From: Podarcis pityusensis
Lineage: Eukaryota
Direction: 5' to 3' (one strand)
NCBI GenBank assembly: GCA_964106645.2
Contig: OZ067047.1
Length of the DNA stretch: 64,000 nt
Each line of letters opens with the position of its first letter. Within the stretch, counting starts at the first letter, position 1. Shown here piece by piece: positions 24,886-36,936 of this stretch. The notes beneath the pieces are model-generated. The model searched no databases. It was not told where the DNA came from and saw only the letters and a list, made by a program, of their open reading frames with translations. A program made the position numbers and the translations under genes.

Positions 24886-25245
24886 GGGACGCGGGTGGCG
24901 CTGTGGGTAAAACCTCAGCGCCTAGGACTTGCCGATCGTCAGGTCGGCAGTTCGAATCCCCGCGGCGGGGTGCGCTCCCGTTGCTCGGTCCCAGCGCCTG
25001 CCAACCTAGCAGTTCGAAAGCACCCTCGGGTGCAAGTAGATAAATAGGGACCGCTTACTAGCGGGAAGGTAAACGGCGTTTCCGTGTGCTGTGCTGGCTC
25101 GCCAGATGCAGCTTGTCACGCTGGCCACGTGACCTGGAAGTGTCTTCGGACAGCGCTGGCCCCCGGCCTCTTAAGCGAGATGGGCGCGCAACCCCAGAGT
25201 CGGACACGACTGGCCCGTACGGGCAGGGGTACCTTTACCTTTACC
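24886..25245 (+). mobile_element. Sauria SINE, full length, CpG-rich, with a 56-bp TSD
   Basis: GGGACGCGGGTGGCGC head, (ACCTTT)n tail; direct repeats 24830-24885 and 25246-25301. Confidence 0.95.
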
Positions 25246-25829
25246 TAGCTTGTGGTCCCTGAAGACAGAATGCTATGCGAAGGAAGAATCTGATGCCAAT
25301 ATTGCACCTGAAACAGTGTAACCTGCACTGTCCATGCTGCTTCCACAATTGCTACTCTTCGTCATTCACAGGCATCTTCTACACACTGGGGGAAACCAAT
25401 GTACCAAGAGAGCATAAACTCTTCCATGCCAATATGCCGCTAGAATTCATGTTGCCACTCAGTGGGACCCCATACTCTCTGGGTGGAGTTATTTCAGTCT
25501 CCCAATAGCATACATGACTATTCTATGAAATCAAGTTTATGCAAATAAGAGTTTGAATTTTCTGTTCCAATGCTTAAGAAGCCCCTTGATACAGATGGTC
25601 AGTGGGCTGGTTCATACATTGCACTTAGACATAGTTTGTTTTAAACCATGGCTTAATCATGAATGTGCCTTCTATGCCTCCCTGCAAATGTAGCTTTTCC
25701 CACCCTGAGGGTGCTGTTCATGGCACAAACAAACCATAGTATGGGTTGCAGTATTGTGCAAACCTAGATCATTTTTTTTCTTTTATTTTTTAAAAAAACA
25801 CACAAGTTTTCTTCAAACTAACTCTGAGT

Positions 25830-26765
25830 GGTTGTTGTTGTTACATATATTAGTCACATTTCTTTGCCATGGCAACTCAAAGTGACTTACAAAATGACAA
25901 AAAAACCAAAGACAACAACCCACATATATACATTAAATCCAAAGAGAAAGAATACATTAAAATATCCAACCCACTCTAAAAAGCAATAGATAGTTAAGAG
26001 CCAAATGCCTGGTTAAAAAGGAATGCTTCTACATGGCATCTGAAGGTATGTAATGACAGTGCCAGATGAGCCCCCATTTCACAAATGGGGAGCCACCATC
26101 GAAAAGGCCTGTTCTTGTATTGCCCGTCTCCTGATCTTCCATGGAGGGGCACACAAAGAAGGACCTCAGATGGTGACCACAGTCTCTGGGAGACTCATAC
26201 AGGGAGATACATTCCTTGAGCTATTGGGAGTCCTGTGTTACAGAAGGCATTAAAGGTCAAAACCAGAAATTTAAATTGGGATCATAAATCAGTTGATAGC
26301 CAGTGCAGTCAGGCCAGGATTGGTGTTATGTGCTCAGACCACTTGCCCCAGTGAACAGCCTGGCTGCTGAATTCTGCACTAGCTGAAGTTTCTGAATCAT
26401 CTTCAAAGGCACCCCCACATCTCACTCCTAGAGGTTACCAGTGCTTAGACAACAGAAGTTAGGTTATTCCTATCCAGATATGGGCATAGCTGGGCCACCA
26501 GCTGATAGAAGGTGCTCTGCACTACAGAGGACACCTGAGCTTCAAGTGATGGCAATGAATCCAGAAGTTTCCCCAGGTTACATGCCAGCACCTTCTAGGG
26601 TAATGTAACCCCATCAAGAGCAGGTCACTTCCCATCTATCCAGTACATAAGCAAGGCAAGACATTGGTCCAGGACATCCACTCCACACCTGCAGATGTAA
26701 AGGAGTAGCAGAGCTGTGTGTCCTCAGCATATTGCTGACAATGTATTCCAAAACTCCAGAAATTG
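25830..26765 (-). mobile_element. Decayed L2-type LINE 3' fragment
   Basis: Minus strand near 26709-26742 reads CQQYAEDTQL (degenerate YADDTQL); (ACA)n tail near 25830-25845. Confidence 0.7.
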
Positions 26766-27331
26766 GCCCTAGTACAGGTGTTCCCCCTTTACCCCACCTT
26801 TTGGCAACACTGGGGCTTTATAAATGAGTATTTAAATATAGGCAGTGGTGGGTTACCTTACAAGAAGGCACAGAAAAGGCAAGGCAGTGGTGGTTCAAGA
26901 AACACTTTGGTGGCGGTACATTTAGATTAGGTTTTTATAAAGATTATATTAGCCCAGTAGGACCCCACATTCTGGATTGACTAAAGCAAGGTAGGAATAA
27001 CAGGAGACCATGCCAGGAAGATGAAGGTTCATATTAGTCTTTATATGTGACTTTAGAGTGTTCAAAGCACGTCACATACCTTTTCTCTCGAGATTACAGT
27101 AGCCCAGGCAACAAGTAACCACAGATCTTAGCAGCAACATCCTGAGGAGTTCCATTCTCATTTACTGGTGCTTGGAAACCGGGTGCCTTCTAAATAGTTC
27201 TTTGAGAAGAAGCTGGCTTATGAAGTAAAATGTAAACAATAAATGGAGGCTGCCTGGTTGGGATGACAATTTAGTGGATTTGTCCTTATGAGGGGGACAC
27301 TGAGACCAATTTCCTTTGTTTATCTGTGCAG

Positions 27332-27581
27332 ACCTCGCTTGGCTACACTAATGAATACAAAAGGGACCCACAAGACACTTTTACTGAAACGCTGTGAGGA
27401 TGATGAAGCATCCACTTCTACATCTCTACTGCACACTGGGCCAAAAATGGCAGTAAAAAAGTTACTGTGCCAAAGTGAGAGCAAGTTTTTTTCAAAGAGA
27501 CGCAAAAGTGAGTGCCTAAATCACAGGCCTTCAATGCAAGACCTTTCAGCAACAACTGAGAGAATTTCCTTTCACGCTTAG
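27332..27581 (+). CDS. AGBL3: Putative last AGBL3 coding exon (PRLATLMNTKG...ISFHA*)
   Basis: tctgtgcag acceptor, phase 2 compatible, TAG at 27579-27581; ATTAAA at 28015-28020. Confidence 0.68.
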
Positions 27582-28242
27582 AAACAGGTGCCATTTCTTT
27601 TCAAGCAGCTAACAAGCCAATGCATACCACTGCAAAGGCTCCATCCGGATGGACAACCTGCAATGATATCTTCAGAAATTATTGCTTCAGTTTCTTGGAT
27701 GTGGTGCTGGGAAAATGCAAATAAGAAAAGAAAAGTATCTTCATCGTACAGCACTTGTGCCATGCGCAGGCTTGGAATACAGGATACAAAAATATGCTGG
27801 AACATCACCCATGAGGCTTCTGTGACAGATAAAAATGAAACCAAAATATGAACTCGTTTATGTTTATTGCTGACAAATTTTACAGGGAAGCAAGTCTAGT
27901 CATTTTACTTTTGAATTTCACTTGCTTTAAAACTGATGCTGTTTTTTAAAAAATGATTAACTGAAAAAGGAGGGATTGGGGTAGTGTTTCTCAGTACTAA
28001 AACCTATTAGACAAATTAAAAAATCATAGTGAGGATCATCATCCAATCTTGTCTTAAATCTAAAAAGAGAAATAACAAATGATCCGCAGGAAGGAATTGC
28101 TTTTCTACAGTTAGTCAAAATGATATTAAATTGGAGGTTCCAGTCAAGCACTGTATTTTCCAACAATGCTCTTCCTAATGGCCAAGATCTGCCTATAGTG
28201 TCTACTCACAAGTCCCTTTTAGCAAAGGTTCCAGAAATGTTA

Positions 28243-28500
28243 CCGTATTTTTTGCTCTATAAGACTCACCTTTTCCCTCCTAAAAAGTAAGGGGAAATGT
28301 GTGTGCGTCTTATGGAGTGAATGCAGGCTGCGCAGCTATCCCAGAAGCCAGAACAGCAAGAGGGATTGCTGCTTTCACTGCGCAGCAATCCCTCTTGCTG
28401 TTCTGGCTTCTGAGATTCAGAATATATTTTTTCTTGTTTTCCTCCTCCAAAAACTAGGTGCATCTTATAGTCTGGTGCATCTTATAGTGCATCTTATAGA
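28243..28500. mobile_element. Tc1/mariner (Tc2-like) MITE with damaged right end
   Basis: TA|CCGTATTTTTTGCTCTATAAGAC left TIR; three GTGCATCTTATAG subterminal repeats at the right; internal 31-bp inverted repeat. Confidence 0.7.
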
Positions 28501-28727
28501 GTTTCCTTCTTGTAGGTTCAGCCATTTTATTGGTTCCTGTAGGGTAACGTTCCCATTAGTTGCTTGAAATGCAGCAAGCTGCATTCACACAAAATTGTTC
28601 ACATCAGAGCGGGGAGATGTCATCACCTGACACGCAGGACCTTTTTTGGTTTCCCCACCCCTGGAACTCCTGTTCATTAAGCCATCTGTGTCTGTGTGTT
28701 CATCTGCACCTGCACTAAGGCAGCTAG

Positions 28728-28935
28728 GGTAGGTTCACATTACTGTTTACTCCGCACTCCATTTTCTAATCAGTTTGAAGCTGGTTTGAGGGGGGGAAAC
28801 ACATCAAACAGCAGTTTCTTGACAGTATTTGTTAAGAAACTACAGGATCAATTTGCATTGTGGCTTAAATTGTGAATGCAGTTTCAAAAATTAGTGGGAG
28901 AGCACTGAATAAGTAAGCGGTAATGTGAGTATACC
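28728..28935. mobile_element. Degenerate MITE (possibly PIF/Harbinger-like)
   Basis: Imperfect TIRs GGTAGGTTCACATTACTGTTTACT ... AGTAAGCGGTAATGTGAGTATACC. Confidence 0.45.
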
Positions 28936-30579
28936 TTTACTTTCTGTTCCAGAGGGAAAGGGGAGATAAAACTTTAATTATTTCCCTCTCATTTTTTGTT
29001 TTATAGTTGTATTTTGCTGCTCTTAAAAATGGGGGAGGGGTGGATAATGCAAGACTTATATTGAATCCCACCCCCAGCTGTGGTATAGACTGGGGAAATG
29101 ACATGGGTAAAGGATGAAAACTACATTCCCCCAGTGCCATGGTTCCAGTCTGAATCCACAGGCCACATTTAGTCTTTACAAAACTGAAGGAAGATCTCCC
29201 ACTTATTGGTATCCATCTGTCTTGAGACACAATGGAGTGAGCCCCTGGGGATGAAGTCAAACCTCTTTTCAGCAATGACGTGACCTCCCCAGGGTGTGTA
29301 TGGAGGTCCTCGGCTACCTAGATGACAAGAGTTGACTCAGCATCGCTGATGTGGTCCAAAGGAAGGCAGTTTGGCACCAGCTTGGCTGCAGGAGTTGCAA
29401 GAAGGAGGTGTACAGGTGCCATCCAGCCATCTTAAGAGAATTCATCACAATCCCCAAAACAACAGGCTAAAGCTGCACAATTCTAACAAAAGGCACAGAA
29501 GCTTTGAAAAACCATTTACCTGTGCACATTGGACAGGCTGGTGCTGCACTGTGAGGGGCTTCATATTCAGTTGTGCATCATAGTGCTACAGGGCATGGCA
29601 ATGCTGTGGTTAGCTGTGCTGGTCCAGTCTTCTTACAGGATATGCCCCCACTCCTTGCATTTTAGCATCTTGCTGCAGTCCTCTTACTGCAGATCTCAGC
29701 AAATAAACCTGGGTACTCCTGTGGATTGTTCTTTTTAGATTGCTACAATAAACTTTTTGAAATTTGCATTGATGAAACCAATGAATTCAAAAGAGCAAAC
29801 TCATGATACCATCATGAGATCCCACACCCAGGAGTGTGCAACATGAAATGACAAGAAGGTGCAATGTGATGAGTATTTGTGGGGGGTTTTAAGCACATAT
29901 AAATCCATATTGATTATAAATTAGTTACCACCCAAAGAGTCTGGAATTACTGGGATAAATTTCAGAGCACCAGCATAATGTTTCCATGTGAAAGTGGCCA
30001 AATTATGACTCTAGCAACAACCCACATCACCGGGCCATATTATGGTTGAGCAATACTCAGCTGCTAAGTAACTTTATGCCTGCCTTGCAGAGGCAGTTTC
30101 AAATGCCCTACAACAAGCAGCCAGGGGATAAAAGCCCTGGGACGACGTCAGAGTTTGCACTTGCATGCTATTTCTGCGCATGCACTTGGACTCACTACTA
30201 CTGTACTCTAGTGAAGCGTGCGTCCCTTTTCTATCACGGTGCATATGAGGTTCTGCCTCCGCTAACAAAAGCCTTCCCTCCCAACAAAAACCCTGGCTAC
30301 GCCCATGTCATGTACAGAAAGTTTTCCGTTTTGTTTCCTGGAAAGGCTCTTGTTGCATTTAAGAAACCGCATGATAAACACACCCATTTCCAGGAAAAAA
30401 AATTCACCCCTTATCGCCGCCTGTTGTGCAGCTGCGTTAAAAAGAAAAGAAAAGAAGCCTTACCCCCCTGCGGGGAGTTTTGTTTTGCATCCCTGATCAA
30501 CTTAAAATGAAGCTCATTGGTCACACCTGATTAGATGAGCTGGGAGGTAGAGAAGCAAGCACTAGGTAAAACGTCAAGT

Positions 30580-32250
30580 CAACTTTCACAAAAAAATAGA
30601 TCATGCAGCTTGGAGGGCGACAGTAAACACTCGCCATCCGCGAAAAGGCCAATCAGACCGAAAACGAAAGAGAAATCTGCTGAGAGTGCGGCACGTGACG
30701 GATGGCTCTGCTTTCCCAAACGAGCAAGTAAACAAGCGCCTTAGATCGACTTCTGCGTTGGAGGGCAGCGCATCTCGCCACTGCCGAGCAAGTAAATATT
30801 CTTCCCATTTGCTCCCCGCTTGCTTGCGCTTTTCTTTTTGTAACGCATAGAGAACTTTTAAAGGAATAATTTGGGGTTAGGGACGCGGAGATTCACTCCA
30901 GTATTTGACGGCAACCAGTTTGCTCGTCGTTCCGACTTTGGGCAACTCGGGGCTAAATCACTTTGCGCAGGTTTCGCCGCAGCTCTGGAGGAAGAGAAGC
31001 AACGAGTGCATTTGCTGTCGATTTTCGCTTAGTGATGGTCTCGCTTTTCTCCTACGCGGGTGGGCAGGTTTTTCCAAGCATTGGAAATAATAAAAAGACA
31101 GCAAATACAGTTTGTTTGTTTGTTTGTTTGTTTGTTTGTTTGTTTTGGGGGGGAGCTGGCTTGCAGCATGTCCGGCTATTTTCTGGCAGCGTGTGACAAC
31201 GCTACTTCTGAAACCCGCTTTAGGCTTACTCCCATGGCACGTCTGGAAGGCCTGAAGAGCGACGAGGGTTGGGAGGGGCATGGCGCACCCATTCCCATAC
31301 ACTTGGGGGTCGTGGCAAAGGGTGTCCGGCCATATCCGGCACGAATTGCTCCCCCTGCGGTGAAAAGGAGGGGTGAAGGCCGAGTTTGGGGGAGGCATTT
31401 AGCCGCTCCGTGATGGGGCGCCTCATTTTTGAGCTGGGGAGAGAGGCGGGTCAGAGAGCAGCGCCTCCCGGAGGTCAGTTTGGAAATCCTCTTTCTGCAC
31501 CTGGCTCACCTCACCTCTCCCCCCCCCCCCCCCGATAAAGACCCCTCAGGCTGGCTTGAAGCTCCTTTCCCCGAGTCTCGTTTTTCCTGTTCTCTTCCCG
31601 AACAGACCCTGGAAGTTACTTTTAAAGGGGCGTTTGTGTGCCTGTGTCTGTCTTAGGCCCACTCCCGTTGCTGCAGGTATCCTGCTCCTGCCTCTTCTCA
31701 TTTCCCCGCTCTAGACCCTTAATTTCCCCCCTCTAGACCCTCCCGCCCCGCCTCCCGTCCACTTGTTGTTTTGTCTTCTTCTTCCCCGCCCCTGGCGCAC
31801 TATTGTTCTCCTTCCTGCTTATCTCTCTTGCTTGCTCTCCTGTTAATTTTCCCTGCCCCCCCCCCCAGCAAACTTTTCCTTCTAAGCTTTTCCTCGCACC
31901 TCCCCTTGGGGCAACCCAGCCCGCTTCTTCTTATTTTGCTTTCGCTTTTGCTGAACATTCAGCCTCTCTCGAAGTGCGTCGGTGAATCTGAAAGCTTGCG
32001 AAGTGAGTAAACATTAACTATTTTGGGTGATGATTGCTCCTGCAGGCGGCTCTCGTCTTCAGAGCCCCTTGGCCGCGCGATCTCCTCGATATTTCTGTTT
32101 ATTTCTCCTGCCTCTCTCCGTCTTTGGGAAAAATGCACGCAATCTCCCTAGGGACTGTGGTCTTGTCCAGCCCAGTGGCGTCCGCAAGTGTGGGGGGGTC
32201 AGTCCTCCCACCCCTAATGGCAGGACGCCGAGATTTCAAAGCTCCAAAAT
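30580..32250 (+). promoter_or_regulatory. CpG-rich promoter and non-coding first-exon region, probably of TMEM140
   Basis: High CpG density; CCAAT 30649-30653, IRF-like GAAAACGAAAG 30660-30670, CACGTG 30692-30697, GTAAACA 30623 and 30728; candidate donors near 31474 and 32003. Confidence 0.7.
31111..31145. repeat. (TTTG)n microsatellite
   Basis: About 8 tandem TTTG units. Confidence 0.92.
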
Positions 32251-33249
32251 GGTTTATTATAACCTTTGTAGAGCTGGAGATACCTATTGGGCAAAGTCTG
32301 GTTTGTTTGGTTCCTATCTTTCCTGTTTTTAGCCAATACGCGAAGTGGTAGTAATGATTGACATTTAGGTAGGAAAGCATCTAGCCAATTGGACAAAAAC
32401 GGAGTCTACAGTACAGTACAGTACAGGCGTTGGAAATCACTGTTTCCGCCTTATTTTAAGACTGTTTGTGCTCCCTGAAGGATGATTGCTGTTGCCCTGT
32501 AGAAAACAGTTCAGATATTCAGAATTTCAACACTTGCTTTCACCTGCCTCCTGCCTGGAGGGGTATTGTTCTTGCCATTTGGATGTTTTGTATTTTATTG
32601 TTAGGTATTGTTTCTGTGTTTGTTAACATGAGATGTTTGTTTGATATTAGTGTTTAAATCATGTTCTGTTTTGTAACCTAATGAATCACCTTAAAATAAT
32701 TAACTCTGCTAGTGCCAATGTAGGTAAAAGTCCTCTTTTGCATCTGCTCCCCTCCATCTTCTCTTATCTGCTGTCCTTTCTGATGTCAGGGTATCCTAGG
32801 GAATTGAAAATTCTATGTATTTTTAAACAATGTTTTTGAGTGCTGTGAAACTCTCATGTGCAGTGACTTAAGCTGTTGTCCTGATGCACACTACACCTTA
32901 CGATTAGCCTCATTACCCAGAGATATGTTCAATTTCCAGAAATGTTTAATCCCTGAAGGGGGGGAACCATGGGGGGAAATGGAAATGTATGCAACACCAA
33001 TTTTCTTACCTAATCCAAATTTATTTTACTGTTTTAACAATATAAAATGCATATAAAACTGTTTGCTGTGTTTATGAGATTTATAGAGCATGGTTACTCA
33101 AAAGTAGGATCTCTGTTTAGTGGACCTTTTTTACTGTTGAAGTAAAGTAAATATATCCAGCATTAAATGCTATAGTGTAAATCAAAGGTTCTCTTGCCTA
33201 CAGAGACTTCTGCAGATCTTGCTTTTTAAATCATGTATAATTTAGTTGA

Positions 33250-33312
33250 GATTCCTGCATTGCAGGGGATTGGACTAGATGACCCTTGGGATCCATTCAA
33301 GCTCTACAACTC
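33250..33312 (+). repeat. CR1 LINE 3' end fragment
   Basis: TTCCTGCATTGCAGGGGATTGGACTAGATGACCCTTGGG, typical squamate CR1 terminus. Confidence 0.7.
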
Positions 33313-36300
33313 TGCTGTCAATTTTTAAAAACCTTATAGTTCAGCAATTACAAAGAAACTAGCAAGTTGGGGACAAAAAACACATTCCAGCTTTAAGCAC
33401 AGAATCCAAATGAAAAGTGAGCCACATAATGTCGCAATCTTAAGCACCAACCAAAATAAAAACATATTTTTGTATACGTCCAGGCTTAACTGGCATCTGT
33501 TTGGCTTCTGCAAAGGAAAGGGAAGCAAATATTGCTCACTCATTTTTCTTGCTGATAAGGAAGAAAGCAAGTTAACTTGTGGGAAAGGAGTTGAAAATGG
33601 AAATGAGTAACTTCTAAGTAGTAATGATGCAGTTTGTGAAAATTTCCTAATTTCCTCTGCAACAAGGTGGTGGCATTAAAGGGCATTTGGATGATAGCCA
33701 AAAATCAAATAATTCTTTGGCAGGAATCATACAGACATCTGAAAAGCTACTAGTTAGTATATAGCACAAGTGTGTGTTTGTATTGGCTAAGACTGATGAG
33801 TTTGTTCCCTCCCCCCAAAACAAAACAAAAAAGTGTATATGCACAAGAGCCTTGCAGAATCAGATTAAATGTTTGGTTTAATTAAGTATCCTGTTTCCAA
33901 CAGTGGCCAGCCCATGTAGGGCATCTTATCCTCCCAGAATCTGAACATCAAAGATGTACTGCCTCTGAACATGGAGTTTTCCCTTAGGTATTAGGAGGAA
34001 CTTGGGAGGGTGCATCCATCCTTCTAGCTCAGTTCCAATCATGCAATCCAGCCAATTGGGACTCTCTTAAGTCCCATTTATTTCAGTGGGAATGTGAAGC
34101 ACATTAAATATCGCCCATGGAAACCAGTGAAACCACAAATTGCTTTGTATTGCTTGGCTCCTGCCCTTATTTTACTGTGTCAATTAAAATATGCTTCTTT
34201 CCTGTCACACTACTATATGCCTACAGGAGGGGTGTTATTTGGAATTTCCCTTGCCATAATGGCATCATTCTGGCTGCCAGCGCAGCAGTAGTAGCATCAT
34301 TAAATGTTGTGGTCAACGCACACTTTGAGCAGATGATGACATGATGAAATCTCGTTTTCCATAGGTGGCACAAAATGATGCATTCCAGGCATTGAGGAGG
34401 CCTTGATCCGCTGGTTGCTGTGTACTGGTTAGAACTAGTTGCGTCTTTTATAAAAGGTGAGTATTGGTCATCCTCGTTTCCTCCTCCACTTCAATCTTTA
34501 TCTAGTGATTCCTCCAGCCTTGCATGGTCTTGCACAGTTTGATGTTGTAGTGTATAGATTAGATGGTCTGTGTAAAGTACTCTCCATTTTAGTAGTGGGG
34601 GCAGGGAGGCAAGCATCTGGTAGCATCACACTGACAACTAGTATGAGTAAAACTTTATTAGAATATAGCTGCCAGAACTTAGTATCCTGTCAATTGTGTA
34701 GAAGTTGCAACCAGTGCTGCCTCTATCAGCAAGCAGAAGACAGAGACCTGAAGGGTATCAAATTTCCAGATATATAATGTATATTTTACCACAGCATAAC
34801 ATAAAATGGTACTCATACCACAGGATAGGGTATAATTTAAAATCCACATTTTAGCTTTTGTATTTGGGGTACCAAATTGGCTTGTACAACAGTCACAGAC
34901 AAAGGTGCCTTATCAGGTGATGACAATTTACTAAAAAACTGAATCATGATCTTCAAAAGCTTTGTCTATTTTATCCTGTTCAGTTGGCCCAAAGAGAAAA
35001 ATTGTGATCTGTGACAGTTCTAAGTAATAAGAGATTATGACTTCTTCACCCAGCATAATTGAGTACCTGAGGAAAAATATCTGGAGCAATAGGACAACCT
35101 GTTTTTCTTCCACAGGCTGATGTGTGTCGGTTTTCAAAATTTCAGCCAGATAATGTTAGCCTGGAGTGAAACCTTAGAAAGGACGTTGCCAAAGAAGCAT
35201 AGGTAGTAAGAGACAAGTACACATTGGCCTGAATTGTATAACGCTAAGCCATGGTTTGTTAAACTATGGTGCATTAAACATTAGCTATGACTCGGCGTTG
35301 CGTGGGAAGCCAGCACCTTGCCTTAACCATGGGTTGTTTGGCTACCCTATACTAGCTGTGCATCGATATTTAAAGGCACAAGGCAAAAGCAGCTAAAAAT
35401 AAGCCAACCTTTGAAGAAACAAGCCATGGTTTGTTCATTCATCTGCAGGGCAACTCAGTTAAACAAACCATTGCTTCACAGATGGGTCATCAGCATTGCA
35501 TTCGCAGGCACCAGTATTTCCAGCAGTTCCTCTTTAAATGTGGCCCCATTTTCACTGGATGACAGGACTGGACACCTACCACCCCTTACGTTCTGGACAG
35601 AGGAGATTCAAATAAGCTTTTCACTGTGGTGGCTGATATAGGTGTCTGTTTCCCATTGACAGATGGGACATACCTGTACCATTTTCTGGTCCTGTCTTTT
35701 TACATTCTTTTAGATGTAATGGCCAGTTTTTAGTAAGTCATGCTCCCACAACAGGCGTTTTGTGATGTGTCATGCCCCCACAGCAGCTGCCCTGTTACTG
35801 ATATCCATGACATGTTCTCAAAATTCCAAGAGAGCCTTGCATGCAAACGAGGCCAATGAGTTCGATTTCGTAATCCTTTTCTTAGTCACAGCGCTCCTAA
35901 ATTACTCCGGTATCTTACGTACCAAATGTCACTTATATGTGTTGTAACTGAAAGTAAAAGCATCCTTTTGCATCAATCCCCACGAATAACTTTGAAGTTA
36001 AGAGTTGTTCCCATGTTCTTTACCCTTTGGTTGCGTAGGAGCCACACATAGTTCAAGGTGGTGGTATTTCTTGCAGGATTTTGCACCCACGCTACTCACC
36101 TTGCCCTTCCCATTTAAACCACATTAATCTTAGTGCTGGGGAAAGGCCATTTGATGGCGCATCCATTACTGTAGTCCACAAGCAGTGGAATATGGCTGCA
36201 ATTTTTTTTGCATTCCTATTCAACGATGCCCATGTCATTAGTGGCAACAGGAACAACATTTGAATGTTGCACGTCTCTCCCCACCACTCCCAGTGTTAAT

Positions 36301-36936
36301 GACAGAGAACTCCTTGCAGTAGTAGCCTTTTTGTAGCTGTTTGAAAGCTAAATCACCAGCTGATGTTCCCATCATACAATAACCACCACCCCTCCACCAC
36401 GAGTTGCTGCTGAGCGCTTTAAAGATAAGCTGTACACAGAACCTCTCTTGATGTTGCATCCTGAGTTATCAAATACAGATGATTGTAGGGATAGCATGCA
36501 AAGCCAAAATTGTGTATACTTAAAAACACATTTGGGTCAGTGGTGGATGGGATTGCCAAAACTTTCCGGGTCGCCCACCCCCTTGAGACTCACCTCTTTT
36601 GTTGGGGGGTGACTGGCTGGGAGGATGTGACTATAAAGCTGCTCCCTGTTTTTCCTACTCCTATGGTTTTTACAGAGTCTAGCCAACTAGCCAACCTTCA
36701 TACACCTGTCAATCCAGACTGACCCTATACATATCTATTAACCAGCCACACGTTTTATCTTCTAAAAAGCTCTGGGTGGCATACATGGTCTCTTTCAACC
36801 TTTCCCTACTGTCTATCCTCTCGGGCTGAGAGTATGACTGGCCCAATATCACCAAATGGGCTTTGGGGCTATGCTAAGCAGGGATTTGATCCCTTGAAAC
36901 TGAAACTTGTGATTTTTCTCCTACCAGGTGGCCAGG

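Larger units (their letters stand above)
977..27581 (+). other. AGBL3: AGBL3 gene span (cytosolic carboxypeptidase 3, M14D deglutamylase); 5' exons lie upstream of the window
   Basis: Phase-consistent AG/GT exon chain encoding FESGNL, WYYF, YPYTY, RVHPGE, NPDG, DLNR, DLHGHS and TLE motifs; synteny with TMEM140, CYREN and WDR91. Confidence 0.95.

Noticed and set aside
31677-31685. GTATCCTG as a second U12 donor (also GTATCCTT near 52800 on the plus strand)
   Set aside because: Imperfect consensus or wrong strand; no matching branch site or exon.
30958-32396. Overlapping ORFs in the CpG islands (also 43494-43964 and 60845-61836)
   Set aside because: Expected from stop-poor GC-rich sequence; no recognisable domains apart from WDR91 exon 1.
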